A stretch of DNA of 64,000 bases from positions 9,734,001 to 9,798,000 of the forward strand of contig OZ024742.1 in NCBI GenBank assembly GCA_964016885.1, in the 5' to 3' direction. Position 1 is the stretch's first letter. Each line of letters starts with the position of its first letter. Origin of the DNA: Eledone cirrhosa. Taxonomy: Eukaryota. Below the pieces are notes generated by a model that saw only the letters and a program-made list of their open reading frames with translations, had not been told where the DNA came from and did no database searches. Of this stretch, positions 31,137 to 44,522 are shown in pieces. The position numbers and the translations under genes are program-made.

Positions 31137-32380
31137 AGAGAACATGTTAACAAATAATATGTTTATATACCTAAACAGGATCCTTCATTCTAACATTAAT
31201 TCTATCATAAATGATTAGAAAATAAAGTATTATTAAAGTTTTATAAACTGTTATAACATTTTAGGTCCAACAGTTGATAAGAGACGTCAACAATTAAAAC
31301 CTGTTTGTTTAGTGTTTTTTCCTGACTTTTTGCGAGGCTTGGAATGTAGACAAAGCTTTATGAAGGCAGTTTGAGAATAATTCACTTTTTTTGTTAATTA
31401 AGTTTTCATAATTAGTAATTATTAATAGGGTCTCCTCTCTGCAGACGTTGCGGCTGTACAACAAGGGGCTTTATTTCGGGTATTAACAATTGTTTCATTG
31501 ATCAGGTGAGTCTAAAGGCCGCTAATCGCTCGAAGTTGCGTCACTCGATCTCCTAGTAGGTGATATAAGCAACACCGTAGCAGATATATTGTAGTTACGA
31601 TGGTAAATATTACAGTAAGAAACTACCACCAATCTCTATAATGCCTTTATTGGTATAGAATGGAAAATCTTCCCCTCTCACTCCTAAAATCTGACCAAAT
31701 ATATTAATGTATCCATTCAAATATTTGGAGAATAAACGGCCTGATTTTCTTCTCTTCATACCTCTTTCTTCTCTGACATTTTTTTTTTGTTTATGGTTTA
31801 AACTGTTTTGTTATAAATGTTATTATCGTCACTTCTCAATTATATTTCACTTCGGAATATTTTTCATGGATTTAAAATTAAAATTAAAATTTAATTTAAA
31901 ACGCAATGTTTTACCGAACATTCTCCCGTATTTATTTTTCGAGTAATTAGAGGTGTGAGGTATAAACTAACGGTAAATATTCAGAGGTTTGTATTTATTT
32001 ATTTATTTGTTTTTACCTGACATTACATTCTTAGAACTAATTTGATTTAGTGAAGATCTGAAAGTAAAGTCGGCCTTGAAAATATTTCTATTAATATAAT
32101 AATATACCCCAAAAACTATCTTTTGTGACGCCATGACGTTCTTTTGGCTCCATTCAACTCATATTATTTCTTCATATTTTCAGTCACTATAAACAAACAA
32201 TATGTTATTTTCTTTCTTTTTCGGGAAATATAATTATCAGATAAATTTCAAAAACTAATCATTGACGTTTTTTAAATAAGGATAATTAGTTACACATACA
32301 TATTAACATATTAATTTATGATAGAAGTGATCCCGGAAAACGAGGAGATGGATGCTGGGATAGTTCATATAAGTATAAGC

Positions 32381-32610
32381 ATCTTCTTCTTCTTCTTCTT
32401 CTTCTTCTTCTTCTTCTTCTTCTTCTTCTTCTTCTTCTTCATTAGAGGTTCGTGAGGGCAAAATTCTCGACCCACCCTCCCCCAGAGGCAATCATCATAG
32501 GATCCAGCTGGATCTCCAAGCGAGACCAACTGAGCTTATGGACGTTATACACATATCTTGCGCGTGGTCTACCTTTGAGTCTTCTGCCTGTGTGCCTCTA
32601 AAACCGGTCT
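32381..32610 (-). mobile_element. LINE 3' fragment (RTE-like) with (AAG)n tail
   Basis: Minus strand reads GRRLKGRPRARYV..VHKLSWSRLEI, followed by (GAA)n. Confidence 0.55.
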
Positions 32611-33770
32611 TCCAATTATTCCCTTCGATATTCTAACTATATATCAGTAATGACAGGTTTTGGGGTCAGCATTAAAAAGAAAATTAATTAATTAACTGGC
32701 ACACCATCCACCGGCCTCACAATAAGAAGATCTAATCTAAATCTGCTTCAGAAACTCGTTTGGTGATCTCTCTGAAGAGAGGTATATCATTGCGAAATAG
32801 TGAGAACATATTGGTGAAATACTAAATTGGTGAAATACTGTGGTAACAAATACGTGATATTGACATGAATATTATCTTTCTAATGTTTCTCCTACACACA
32901 TTTGAATAAAGTGTTACGTTACTCCCAGATAATTTGTAAATATATAAATTACTTTATGGAATGCAAAATACAAGAAAAATATGATTTCTTCAACAATATA
33001 TAAAAGTTTGTAGTGGGGGTTCATACGGAGTACGAGTAACAATTTATATAATCTCGGTGGGAAATAGATATATTTAGATCGCGAATATATTTACCTACAC
33101 ATTTACCAACAGAGGAGATAACGCGCTCGCACAGTGGTTAGTCAACACAACTTCCTCTATAAAACATAATCATTTGGATAATGTAATGCGATATGTATGT
33201 ATGAAAAAACAAATTAAAACAACAAAGAAGGCCACCTATAGAAACCTTTTGATCGTAAAACTACTCCATTAGTTCTCACGTGGAGATAAATAACAAGGAA
33301 TAGAGAACAACAAGTTGTTGGTCTGATGTAGCAGTTATATATGACAAATGAATATACATGTAGGTTTGGGTAACATTCAAATTAAAATTAATTGATTGAT
33401 ACACTGTGGATGAGGACAATAGAGTTCGTTGCTGTGGCGTTGATATTACTGCGAGAATCACGATGTTAGTAATAGCACACACTCTGTGTTATTTAATCGT
33501 ATTTTAAGGTTCCCTTTTAATGCAAACTTATGTAAGCAAGACTTGGAGAGAAAGAAGGAAAACAAAACTAGCAGAAAAAACACAGGAAGAGAAACATAAA
33601 AAAAAACACATGACATCACTGCAAAATATGTTACCAAATACACATTGAGATATAAAATTAGAAATATGAAGACATAATAATAGGAAACAGAAGCCGTCTC
33701 TCAAAACATAATAGATAGATATAAGGAATAGTTCCAAGGTGAATAAATATCAAGATATGCAAAAGACAAT

Positions 33771-33886
<116 letters not shown>

Positions 33887-33965
33887 GGAAAGATAGAATC
33901 TGTGGTTGGTGAAACTACCCTCTCTTCCAATATGGACGTGCATGAGTCTTCGCGTGTGAACGTGC

Positions 33966-33997
<32 letters not shown>

Positions 33998-34220
33998 ACC
34001 AGAAGTAACATTCGAACACCAACCAGATGTGAGAAAAACCACAAACCCTCCATCGCAATTCTAATTTTGAAAAGCAGAACTGCGAAACCGGTAAAGGAAC
34101 CAAATAAATATATTTAAAAAAAAAATAATTCAGTTGCATTTTCGATTTCATCTTTTTTCCTTATACTTTCACTCGTGTAGGACACCTCATTTGTTTTCAT
34201 TTTGTAAAAAAAAAACTCAC

Positions 34221-34264
<44 letters not shown>

Positions 34265-35087
34265 ATGTGTGTGTGTGTGTATATATATATATGTGTATGT
34301 AAATATATGTGCGTGAATGTGCATGTGTATGAATATGTGTGTATATATACGCTTGTATACTTTAACCACACATCTGTCCACCTATACATTGATTTACTCT
34401 CTAAATTTTATTTTACTTCATCTCATTCCTTTCATTACAGTATTGATTTATTTTTTCATGCATTTCTATGTAAAACCATCAAAAATTATTTTGTATATGT
34501 GTGTGTATGTATATGTGCATGAGGTATATATACATATAATACACAAACTTATATACATATAATACACAAACAGGCTACCTTCTCATATTATATACTTTAT
34601 TATCTATTTTAAAACCCTTAAATTTTACTTTATTTTACTTTATTTTATCATATTCTCTCATCTAATTCATAATTTACTTCAACATTTCTATATAATTCAC
34701 TTTTTATGTTATTGTTTCTTAAAATACTCCACCAACAAGTCCTGTTAGTATATAACCATACACTTCCTCCTACTCCATTCCTACCCCTAGCTACGTCTAC
34801 CCCCACCTATATTACTTTCTTCTCCTGACCCCTAGCCTGTCTAGATACATTTACCATTCATTATCTGCCCTTCACCCCCTTTCTCTATCAACCCAGCCTA
34901 CCACAATGACAACTTTGACCACAGCGCCACCAAAACTAGAGACCTATTTTCACACACCCTGCTACAATTACTATGCCGCCTCCATTAGGCTTGCTGAACA
35001 CACAAGCCGAAACCGCTTGACACCGAGGTCGGGATTTTACCCACTCTGTCTAGTGGTGGAAAATAATTTCCTGAATATAACTCCGAC

Positions 35088-35156
<69 letters not shown>

Positions 35157-35201
35157 CTCAATCTCTCTCTCTCTCTTTATATATATATATATATATATAG
35201 T

Positions 35202-35442
<241 letters not shown>

Positions 35443-35444
35443 AT

Positions 35445-35650
35445 GTAAAAGGTAAACAGAAAAAACAACAGAATCGGTACAGTATATGGAAGGGATATAT
35501 TAGGTTAGCGCTGGACATAGCAGGTAGAGGGTCTTAACGTTTCGGACGCTAGTCTTTCATCAGAAGAAAGAATGAGAAATAAGATAGATTGAGGGGACGG
35601 GCGGGTTGGAATTGGAAAAAAAGTCTTTAGATAAAATAACAGTTCCATTC
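35445..35650 (-). mobile_element. Penelope pLTR-like non-coding repeat, family A copy 2
   Basis: Homologous to 13825-14035 and abuts (TG)n/(TA)n. Confidence 0.65.
35532..35567 (-). ncRNA. Minimal type-I hammerhead ribozyme motif (family A)
   Basis: tctt-CTGATGA-aagac(tagc)gtcc-GAAA-cgt-t-aaga. Confidence 0.62.
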
Positions 35651-35674
35651 ATGTTGACATCTCTTGCAAAACTG

Positions 35675-35727
<53 letters not shown>

Positions 35728-35788
35728 ATATATATAAAAAATAAAGTAAAATAAAAAGTCAAATGTTTAAAATTTAGCTTCGTTTATT

Positions 35789-35843
35789 ACTGCTATATAT
35801 ATTTCGGTGACAGCCATCTTTGTCTGTGACCTCTTCAGGCAGT
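35789..35843 (-). ncRNA. Minimal type-I hammerhead ribozyme motif (family D, left arm)
   Basis: Reverse complement of the motif at 36785-36839. Confidence 0.78.
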
Positions 35844-36784
35844 CCGAATTAGTGTGGTATAGACAAGTACATATGTTGTTGAGGTGTATAATTTTGTCAA
35901 TACTCTGATATTCCCAGTTCCTGGTTGGGTTGTTATTTCACTGAGGAACTGAAATCATATGAATCAAACAAACGAATTTCAGTGTCAAAGAGCCTCTACT
36001 CCTCTCATTGGTCAGTTGTTAAAACATTCCTCATTCAAAAGTCTATAGAAGTTCGTTCTGAGGCAAGCCAATCTGTAGTTGTTGTTCTTGTTATTGTTAG
36101 GTACATCTGACCTCAATTCTTCTGTTGGTAGTGTTGTTATTGTTGGAGTTAGCTTAAAAAATTGATAAAGTGGTAGAAGGAACAAGGTGGTAAAGGAACA
36201 AATAACAAAAAAATGTCAAACTTCCCATTGGTCAGTTTTGAGAGCATTGCTCAGTCAGAAGTCTATAGAAATTCTTTCTGGCGTGAGGCTCCCTGTACAC
36301 AAACACTAGGCTCCCTAAACACAAACACTACAGGGAGCCTCACCCCAGAAAGAATTTCTATAGACTTCTGACTGAGGAATGCTCTCAAAACTGACCAATG
36401 GGAAGTTTGACATTTTTTTGTTATTTTGTTCCTTTACCACCTTGTTCCTTCTACCACTTTATCAATTGTTTAAGCTAACTCCAACAATAACAACACTACC
36501 AACAGAAGAATTGAGGTCAGATGTACCTAACAATAACAAGAACAACAACTACAGATTGGCTTGCCTCAGAACGAACTTCAATAGACTTTTGACTGAGGAA
36601 TGTTCTAACAACTGACCAATGAGAGGAGAAGAGGCCCTTTGACACTGAAATTCGTTTGTTTGAATTCATATGATTTAAGTTCCTCAGTGAAATAACAACC
36701 CAACCAGGAACTGGGCATATCAGAGTATTGACAAAATTATACACCTAAACAACATATGTACTTGTCTATACGACACTAATTCGG

Positions 36785-36839
36785 ACTGCCTGAAGAGGTC
36801 ACAGACAAAGATGGCTGTCACCGAAATATATATAGCAGT
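36785..36839 (+). ncRNA. Minimal type-I hammerhead ribozyme motif (family D, right arm)
   Basis: actgc-CTGAAGA-ggtcacag..ctgtcacc-GAAA-tatata-TA-gcagt, followed by AATAAA. Confidence 0.78.
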
Positions 36840-36982
36840 AATAAACGAAGCTAAATTTTAAACAATTGACTTTTTATTTTACTTTATCTTACATTACTCC
36901 GGAGTAACCAAACCAACCAGCGCACTTCGTCGAGTGCTCCAGCCTGCATACTGAGGTGTTGGTATAAAACCAACATATACTC

Positions 36983-37061
<79 letters not shown>

Positions 37062-37062
37062 T

Positions 37063-37825
37063 TTTTCAATTTGCAAAGCCCTTTAAACTGTATGTTATTA
37101 CTCTGAGGTTTATTCCTTGTCGAGTGCTTGGCTCCACTGCTGAAGGCATTCGTTGGCTTGGCTGCTGATCGAACTTCGAATATGCTGTACTATTGTATTA
37201 CTATCTCCTAGACCTAATGATTAATTTAATTTGACAATTCCATTGATTGGTTAATTATTTAAGTGTGTTTAATAACAGTCTTGTTGAGTGCTTAATTCAG
37301 TTTGTGTATGGAATTTTTTCAATTGCCCACACCTTTGGAATTGACCGCCAGAAACCGGGTCAGCTCCCTTTGGAGTAACATGTGCTTAACACCTGGTTTT
37401 GGGTTAGAACGAAAGCCTGTTGAGAAAGTAAATTTCTCTGTTCGATCTTCCAGAAACCTAACTTGTATACACCACAAGCGGATTTTGTGGATTTCGGATT
37501 TACAGAAACCTCACTTGGATATTCAGTAATTTCCAAGTCACGGTCCAGGTATGTTATATACACAGATATGTGCATATATGTATGTATGTATATTTTATAT
37601 GTATATATATGTGTGTGTATGTGTGTGTGTATTTCCCTTTCTCACTAGTCAGTTCTTTCGTTGCTACAGAACACGTGGCTAAATTAGCGGTCGCTATTTT
37701 CAATTTTCAAAGCCCTTTAAACTGTATGTTATTACTCTGAGGTCTATACCTTGTCGAGTGCTTGGCTACACTGCCGAAGGCATTCGTTGGCTTGGCTGCT
37801 GATCGAACTTCGAATATGCTGTACT

Positions 37826-37832
<7 letters not shown>
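37063..37832. repeat. ~135-bp direct repeats (37063-37198, 37697-37832) bracketing ~500 bp
   Basis: ttttcaatt..caaagccctttaaactgtatg...gaatatgctgtactattgtat occurs twice with few mismatches, and (TA)n lies on both outer flanks. Confidence 0.85.
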
Positions 37833-37875
<43 letters not shown>

Positions 37876-38311
37876 ATAATATAAGTGGGGAGTTATATAT
37901 TAATGAAATCATAGATAGATACGTATGTGCTCACTATCAAATTGCAGTAATTCTAGTTACAATTTGTTGAAGCCTCTCAAGACATGATATCCCTGCTAAT
38001 GAATGCTTTAGTAGAAATTGTGTCTAAGAAATCGTTTTTAAAATTTACATTTCGTTACGCAGTCCTAAAACTTTAGTAAATTGTTGTTTCTTAAGAAAAA
38101 CACAGCCGTATATAATCACTGGTTTAAGATTTTGTTTGGAAATTGCAAAGAGGAATAGAATCTACGACAGGGCTTCATTATTTCAATTGTCCAAGCAAAA
38201 CATTCTATTGTGTCATTAACAATGTAAATTCAATGACATATATGTAGGTAAATAACGGTGTTTATCTATGCACGTCTCGCTCTCTCTCCCTCTCTCTCTC
38301 TATATATATAT

Positions 38312-38421
<110 letters not shown>

Positions 38422-38737
38422 TTGTCTTAATAGGCATTTGAATTGTCAACAGGCTGCGGTTCGCACACACATCCCTGCTAACCGTAATCACAACAACGAA
38501 CACTTTACTACTACTACTACACACACACACACACACACACACATATTTGTTGTGAAAGAGTCATTTCTCAGTCTTGGCGCAAAATCAATTTTTTACATTC
38601 ACATGACCTCTACCGACCAATCAAAATTGTTTTGACCACAAGAATTTTTGCAACACGAATTGGCGCAAAAAACAATTTTAATAGCGCTGGAGCCACTTTT
38701 TTTTACATAAAAACAGGTAGAATTCCCAAAACTAATC

Positions 38738-38931
38738 AGATCAGAGCAAACATCACGGACGCTCTATCTCAAAATTATTTTTGAAAAGCATTTAGAAATG
38801 CGCAACCGGTAAAACTTAAAACCAAAACTGAATACTAACCAATACAATTACTAATTCTCATTTATTCCTAATTAAACTATTTTTCACTGTGAACAATTTG
38901 TCAGCATTTTCTATTCCGTTTACCAATATAT
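38738..38931 (+). repeat. Dispersed repeat; near-identical inverted copy at 55781-55976
   Basis: agatcagagcaaacatcacggacgctctatctc...ctattccgtttaccaatatata. Confidence 0.88.
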
Positions 38932-40559
38932 AATAACTTGTGTGTTACACCTCTATTCTTTTAACTATATATATATATATTTACACATATATATTTACAC
39001 ATATATATATATTTACACATAGACATATGTATAGTTCAGGTGACGAAAGTTATGCCAATTTCGAGATCAATTTAGTTCCACAATAAGCAAACAAAGCCGA
39101 ACATATCTATCACAAGTATATGTACAGTATTAAGAATAAAACTGTGAGTACAGAAATCCAGCGAGTCATATGAATTCAGTGATAATATTAAAACACGTTT
39201 GGTGACCACACATGTCTAAAGTGTCTCTCTATATGAAATTGTATATAAACTCATAAATATATCTCAGTTACGTTATAATGTTTGGCGTATATAATCAGGT
39301 CTGTCCTACATGTTTCCTGTATATACATTAGCTTTTTACCAATGGTGTGGAGACGACAACTTTCGTCATAATTATTCATAATAACTCAGATATGCTATGG
39401 GACTTTCATGAAACTAATATAGTTGTTATCACAATAAACATGTCCTTGCTTAACAAGTTGCTTTAATTCTTACCTCCCTTGCTGTATAGCAGGTGTGAAG
39501 TGTCTTCAAGTAACTTCCCACCAACTGCCTTGGAATATGTCGAAATTCGACGTAAATTCTTACAATCTTCCTCACTCATTCTCTATCTACGTCTCTCTCT
39601 CTGTCTCTCCGTCTCTCTCTGTCTCTCTGTCTGTGTCTCCCCCTCCCCCCTCTTGCTCTCTCTCTCTCTGTATTTTTTACTAACCCCCTTTTTCTTCTGA
39701 AGCATCTTTAATATATTATTGTATTCCCAATGGAAGAATTAAGGAACAGCTTGTCTATATTAAGTTTTCTGAAACATTAAACACGCATAAATCTGCAACG
39801 GAAAAAAATCTTATTGTCGCTTTTCTGACATTCTAAGTATAAATGAATTTTCTTTGTTATTTCATCAGGGAAGATGGTAAATATTGAATTAGAAAGATAG
39901 CCGGGCTAACATAAAGGCGATATGGCTGAATGAAATGGTGACTATTAATACTCACATTGCTTAATCATTTAAGAGGGCGTCACATGCTAGATTATATACA
40001 ACCTGCTAAAAACTGCATACATATTTCTCCAAATTTACTTTTTAGTTAGAGAAGAAAGGGTAGCGTCCTTTACCATTTTGGGGGTAGGAATGTTTGAAAT
40101 AGAGTGCACTAAACTAAAGATACGTTATTTAAGGGCGAGGGGATGTTAAACAGGGGGACGGAATATGATTACCATCCAAGAACTTAGGCCGCAATAACTG
40201 AAACAGGCTCTAACAATGCCCCCAGTTCCTTGGTAATTGTTAGTCAAAGCTAACCTCGCTTGAGATGTAGATCAAATACTGCAATGTGTTTTGTCCTATA
40301 CACCAACGACTAAATTTACAACTTGAAATAACTTACTATTCATACCGCAGCGACTTCAGAATAATCGGTAGACAACTTCGTCCTAAATACCTAAAACTAT
40401 GTGATGCTCCTCTATAAAATGTCTACTACTGTAGGCCAATCCAATCAGGGATGACTTGGGCTTATCTGCAACAACAATACTATCTGGATCATTCATATCG
40501 GGGAAAATGTTATAATAATATGTACATTCAGTAAACAACACTGCTGCTATCACTAAGAA

Positions 40560-40730
40560 GACGGTAGAGGGTCGGACGCCATGCTTTCCAGCATAGTTAC
40601 GTCCGTTTACGGTCTGAGTTCAAATCCCGTCGAAGTTAACTTTGCCTTTCATCCTTACGGGGTCGATAAAATAAAGTACCAGTAATACACTGGGTAATTG
40701 CTGGCCTTGTGCCAAAAGTAGAAACAATTA
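40560..40730 (+). mobile_element. tRNA-like SINE whose tail is the Helitron insertion site
   Basis: SINE motifs ending gtagaaacaatta. Confidence 0.88.
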
Positions 40731-42607
40731 TCTATATATATAAAACAGAAGATGTGTGCCTGTCTGTTTGTGTAACCGCATGCATTTCTACATGTTACAA
40801 CCGATTTGCACCATATTTCATACATAGGTTTCTGAAGCCCAATTACGCGTCGTAGGCTATTTTAATTTTCCGTACATCGATTGTCCCCCCCCCCACCAGG
40901 GGCAGATAACCCCCTTAAGCCTCTCGCAGTTTGCCTCCCATCTTCACCAAAATTAATCTTTTGTTTGCTTATGGCCTACAAATAAATTTGCAGGCATGCA
41001 CTCGCGTAGAAATTGAGGTGCAGTAAACCGACTTGATGATTGTTGAAGTTGATATCATCAATGCAACAAAACGTTATAACTGCTTGAGTTGGTGTTTGGT
41101 TTTCATTAGCGAGACGTATTGGTTACCCATGGCTTATAAAGGAAGATGAACACATGAACTTTTATTTGAACTTAGCAAGGGGACCCGGGGGTGGGTGGGT
41201 GGGTAGTAAGCCCCTTCGACTTATATATTGAAGTTCACATTAACACTGTATTAGTACCTGATAACTTTTGAAGTTTACGTTCGATTTTAACTTTACCGGA
41301 CACATTGGTTGCCGATTGCCTAAAGATGATGTTTAAGACACTGTCTATACCCGGAACAAGCAAGGGGCCCCCCATGGGGCAGTAAGCCCCGGCGAGTCAT
41401 TTATTGAATTTGGCTATTGTAATGCAGCAAAGTGTCATAACTTCGATAATTGGTAGTCCAAAAAAATGAATTTCGACTTAGTTGTTATTCATGTACATGA
41501 AGATACAGTGAGGCACATTTACTTTCATTTCAATTTAGCAAGAGGACCTCCTCGAGGACAATGAGCCCAATTCATTAACCTATAAAAGTTCAAACCGCCA
41601 CAATAAAAAAGCACCATAACCTCGGAAGTTTATACTTGATTCTTACAAAAACTAAACGAAATGGTTATTGCCTGCCATAAGATAAAGCACCACACATTCG
41701 TTATCACTTGAATTTTGCGAGGGAACCCCCTAGGGATGGCAGTGAGCCTCATTCGATCACTTTTAAAGTTCATATTATGGTCGCAGCAAAGCATTTCATC
41801 TTCTGTAAATAAAAGTCAATTTAAACGAAAGTTGACGCATCGGTTACTCGTGTCCTACAAATGGAGTAGCGAATTTTTAAATCTCCCTGACTTAACTTTA
41901 GTTTGTTTAGTTAACTTTAGGATGATTGAATTAAATTTTGCTCCCTGTTGTCTCCCCCGTGTGAAAAGACGACCTCTGGCCAACCACACATCAGTGAGTT
42001 GTGTTCAGTAGATTTCATCACACTTATTTGTATTATCTAACCAATCAGACAACTTGAGTGTTGTTCATTGAGCGAAATCACTCCTATTTATATCGGTCAA
42101 GTCCGACCTAGGATCACACTTCTTTTTTGGCTTTTGACAAGTGGTAGGTTTTTGTACTTGCGTACTCACATAAGCTACTCCATATTTCTGAAACGCATGC
42201 TTCTTCAACATTTGTAACCTTAAAGGAGGTTTAGTTAATGTGTTTATGGTCATAAGGTTCCAGTTTATCATGCTGTGATATTTCGGCCATTTTTGTCTGT
42301 ATCCTTTCAATGGTTAGTACTTACTTATTGCTATGTTAGAACTGAATAAACATACTGACACTTATATACCTACCACTGTAGCCACACTATTTAATTTCCT
42401 TTACCACAGGTAGTCCGTACGCTGCGTTGCCCCTAACTTAAAACCTGAAATTTGATTGGCACACAAAATCTTGCAAAACATACCCGCTTTCTCAGACCAC
42501 ATAGATTTATCACATTTTTTCACAATTTATATCCGTGTTTAGATTTGCTTACTTAAACGTTATTTGTCCACTATTTATCGTTTTCCCTGGTTAATTTTCT
42601 AAAAACA

Positions 42608-43111
42608 ATGCCCTCCAAGAAAAGAACTTTCATTGGTCGATTATCTAATGATGGAAGTAGGTTTAAGCGAAGACGTCTCACCGAAGATGTAAATGCGACT
42701 GCGATCAGGCTCTCACAGAATGCTGTGCAGACGTCAGCTGAAAGAGCGGAGGAGGATGACAGTCGGCGTGAACTTCGACAGAAGAAAAATGGTGCCGCGA
42801 CTGCTGCTGCTCGCACTCGAGAAGCTGACGGACGACGTGCCGTTCGACGAAGCAGGGACGCCGCTGCAACATTCGCTGCTCGCGCTCGAGAGGATGAAAG
42901 AAGACGTGCCGTTCGACGAAGCACGGACGCCTCTGCAACAGCCGCTGCTCACGTTCAAGAGGATGAAGGACGATGTGCCGTTCGACTAAGTAGGGACGCC
43001 ACTGCAACATACGCTGCACGCGCTCGACAGGATGAAGGACGACGCGCCGTTCAACGAAGCAGGGACGCCTCTGACACTGCTGCTGCACGAAATACTGAAA
43101 CCATAGAGTAA
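42608..43111 (+). pseudogene. Helitron RepHel N-terminal region with basic 23-aa repeats (STPR-like)
   Basis: MPSKKRTFIGR.. followed by four to five repeats of DGRRAVRRSRDAAATFAARARED. Confidence 0.65.
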
Positions 43112-43254
43112 CGAAGTGGCCGACTTCTGCAAAGTGAATAGCGGCGATCATCGTCACGTGGCATTTCTAGGACTCGCAATTCACGATGGTTGTTGAAGGT
43201 TTTTAACTACAACCCCTCCTCCGACTACGCTGTGCTTGCCTGGAAACCTGCACG

Positions 43255-43770
43255 TCTACAAGTCCCTTGACTCTATGGCTGATCCGGACGAAGTTGTTAA
43301 TTACCCCACAGAATTAACTCCCTAGAGCCTCCCGGATTGCCACCACACTTACTGAGACATAAGAAAGGTGCCCCTGTCATGCTCCTCAGGAATTTGGAAC
43401 CCCGAAGGCTTTCCAACGACACGCGTCTGGTCGCCCAAAAGGTGATGCCTCATGTTATTGAGGCAACAATACTTACAGGATGTGGTAAGGGGGATACTGT
43501 CTTCATACCAAGGATACCTCTCATTCCATCTGGTAAAGACATTCCTTTCACATTCAGAAAACTGCAATTCCCTCTCCGGCTCACTTTCGCCATGTCGATT
43601 AACAAATCACAGGGTCAGATGCTGACAGTCGTAGGGCTTAATTTAGAAGAACCGTGCTCCTCCAATGGTTAACTATATGTTGGCTGCTCTCGAGTGGGGA
43701 GCCGACATAACCTATTTGCTTTTGCAACTCGCGAGAAAACCCAAAATATAGTCTATAAGGAAGTTTTGAA
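43255..43770 (+). pseudogene. Helitron PIF1-type helicase C-terminus (disrupted)
   Basis: YKSLDS..NYPTE/LPPHLL.KKGAPVMLLRNL..RLSNDTRL..FIPRIPLIPS..QFPLRLTFAMSINKSQGQ..*LYVGCSRV..TQNIVYKEVL, with a frameshift and a stop. Confidence 0.92.
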
Positions 43771-44522
43771 GGCACCCCATCCGCCAACAAGTAATCGCTG
43801 TTTAATATTGTATAAGTGCTTACATTTGCTGTATCCGTGTGCTATTTTTGTCCTTTTGACAATACCACGTACGCCTCTGAGGTTGCTTTTGCTCTACGTT
43901 ATAAATGTTGAATGTCTCCGTTTTTCGCATTTATATGTTGCTATTACGCTTTGCTATCGATGTTCCGTAGTTTTAACCTAATTAATCTACTTTTCCCTAC
44001 ATCTTATTTACACATTTTTTTTGACATTCCAGCGGGATTTTGCCAAGGCTGTTTTTGTTACATGCTTTTCTAGGTTACAATCTCAATTAACAAACAAAGC
44101 AAATACGACACACCAATGTTGTGTGAATGACTTCTTAAGAGCGACCACCTCTAATCAGAATCGTCTTTGCTTGCAGCACTGCCACTGAGACTTTTAAGAG
44201 TGAACGATCCAAAGCTCTCTTTAGGGTCACCAACTTTAAATTGTTACCATCAGAGTCGTCTTGCTGGCAGCACCGCCACTGAGATATTTCAAAGTGAACG
44301 TACAAAGGTCCTCTTTAAGGCCACCACCTATAAATTGTTACTTCAATAGTCATGGTTAACGGAAGAATTTCGGTTCATTTGAGCTACTACTCCATTGAGA
44401 GTTATACCGGGTAACGCCGGGTACCTCTGCTATTATAATATGAATGAAACAACAGAAGTAATTTGATAGACACGATAACAATTCTATAGTCTTTAACATA
44501 ATAAAAAGTAATCAATGACATG

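Larger units (their letters stand above)
35741..36887. mobile_element. 1.15-kb fold-back element with ~557-bp inverted arms, 31-bp spacer and a hammerhead in each arm (family D)
   Basis: 35741-36297 is the reverse complement of 36329-36887, with roughly 15 differences counted by eye. Confidence 0.92.
40731..44433 (+). mobile_element. Internally deleted Helitron
   Basis: A|TCTATATATATAAA 5' end. The 3' end has a ccgggtaacgccggg hairpin, then CTAT|T (degenerate CTAG). It contains RepHel N- and C-terminal coding remnants but no Rep domain. Confidence 0.8.

Noticed and set aside
33276-33483. Minus-strand ORF bounded by AG/GT
   Set aside because: The acceptor is weak and the peptide is not recognisable.
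34985-35020. ctgaacacacaagccgaaaccg hammerhead-like string
   Set aside because: The core CTGANGA and stem I are absent.
39474-39579. Minus-strand ATG-initiated 35-codon frame ending at a GTAAGA donor (MSEEDCKNLRR...)
   Set aside because: It is short, has no recognisable homology or partner exon, and is compatible with chance.
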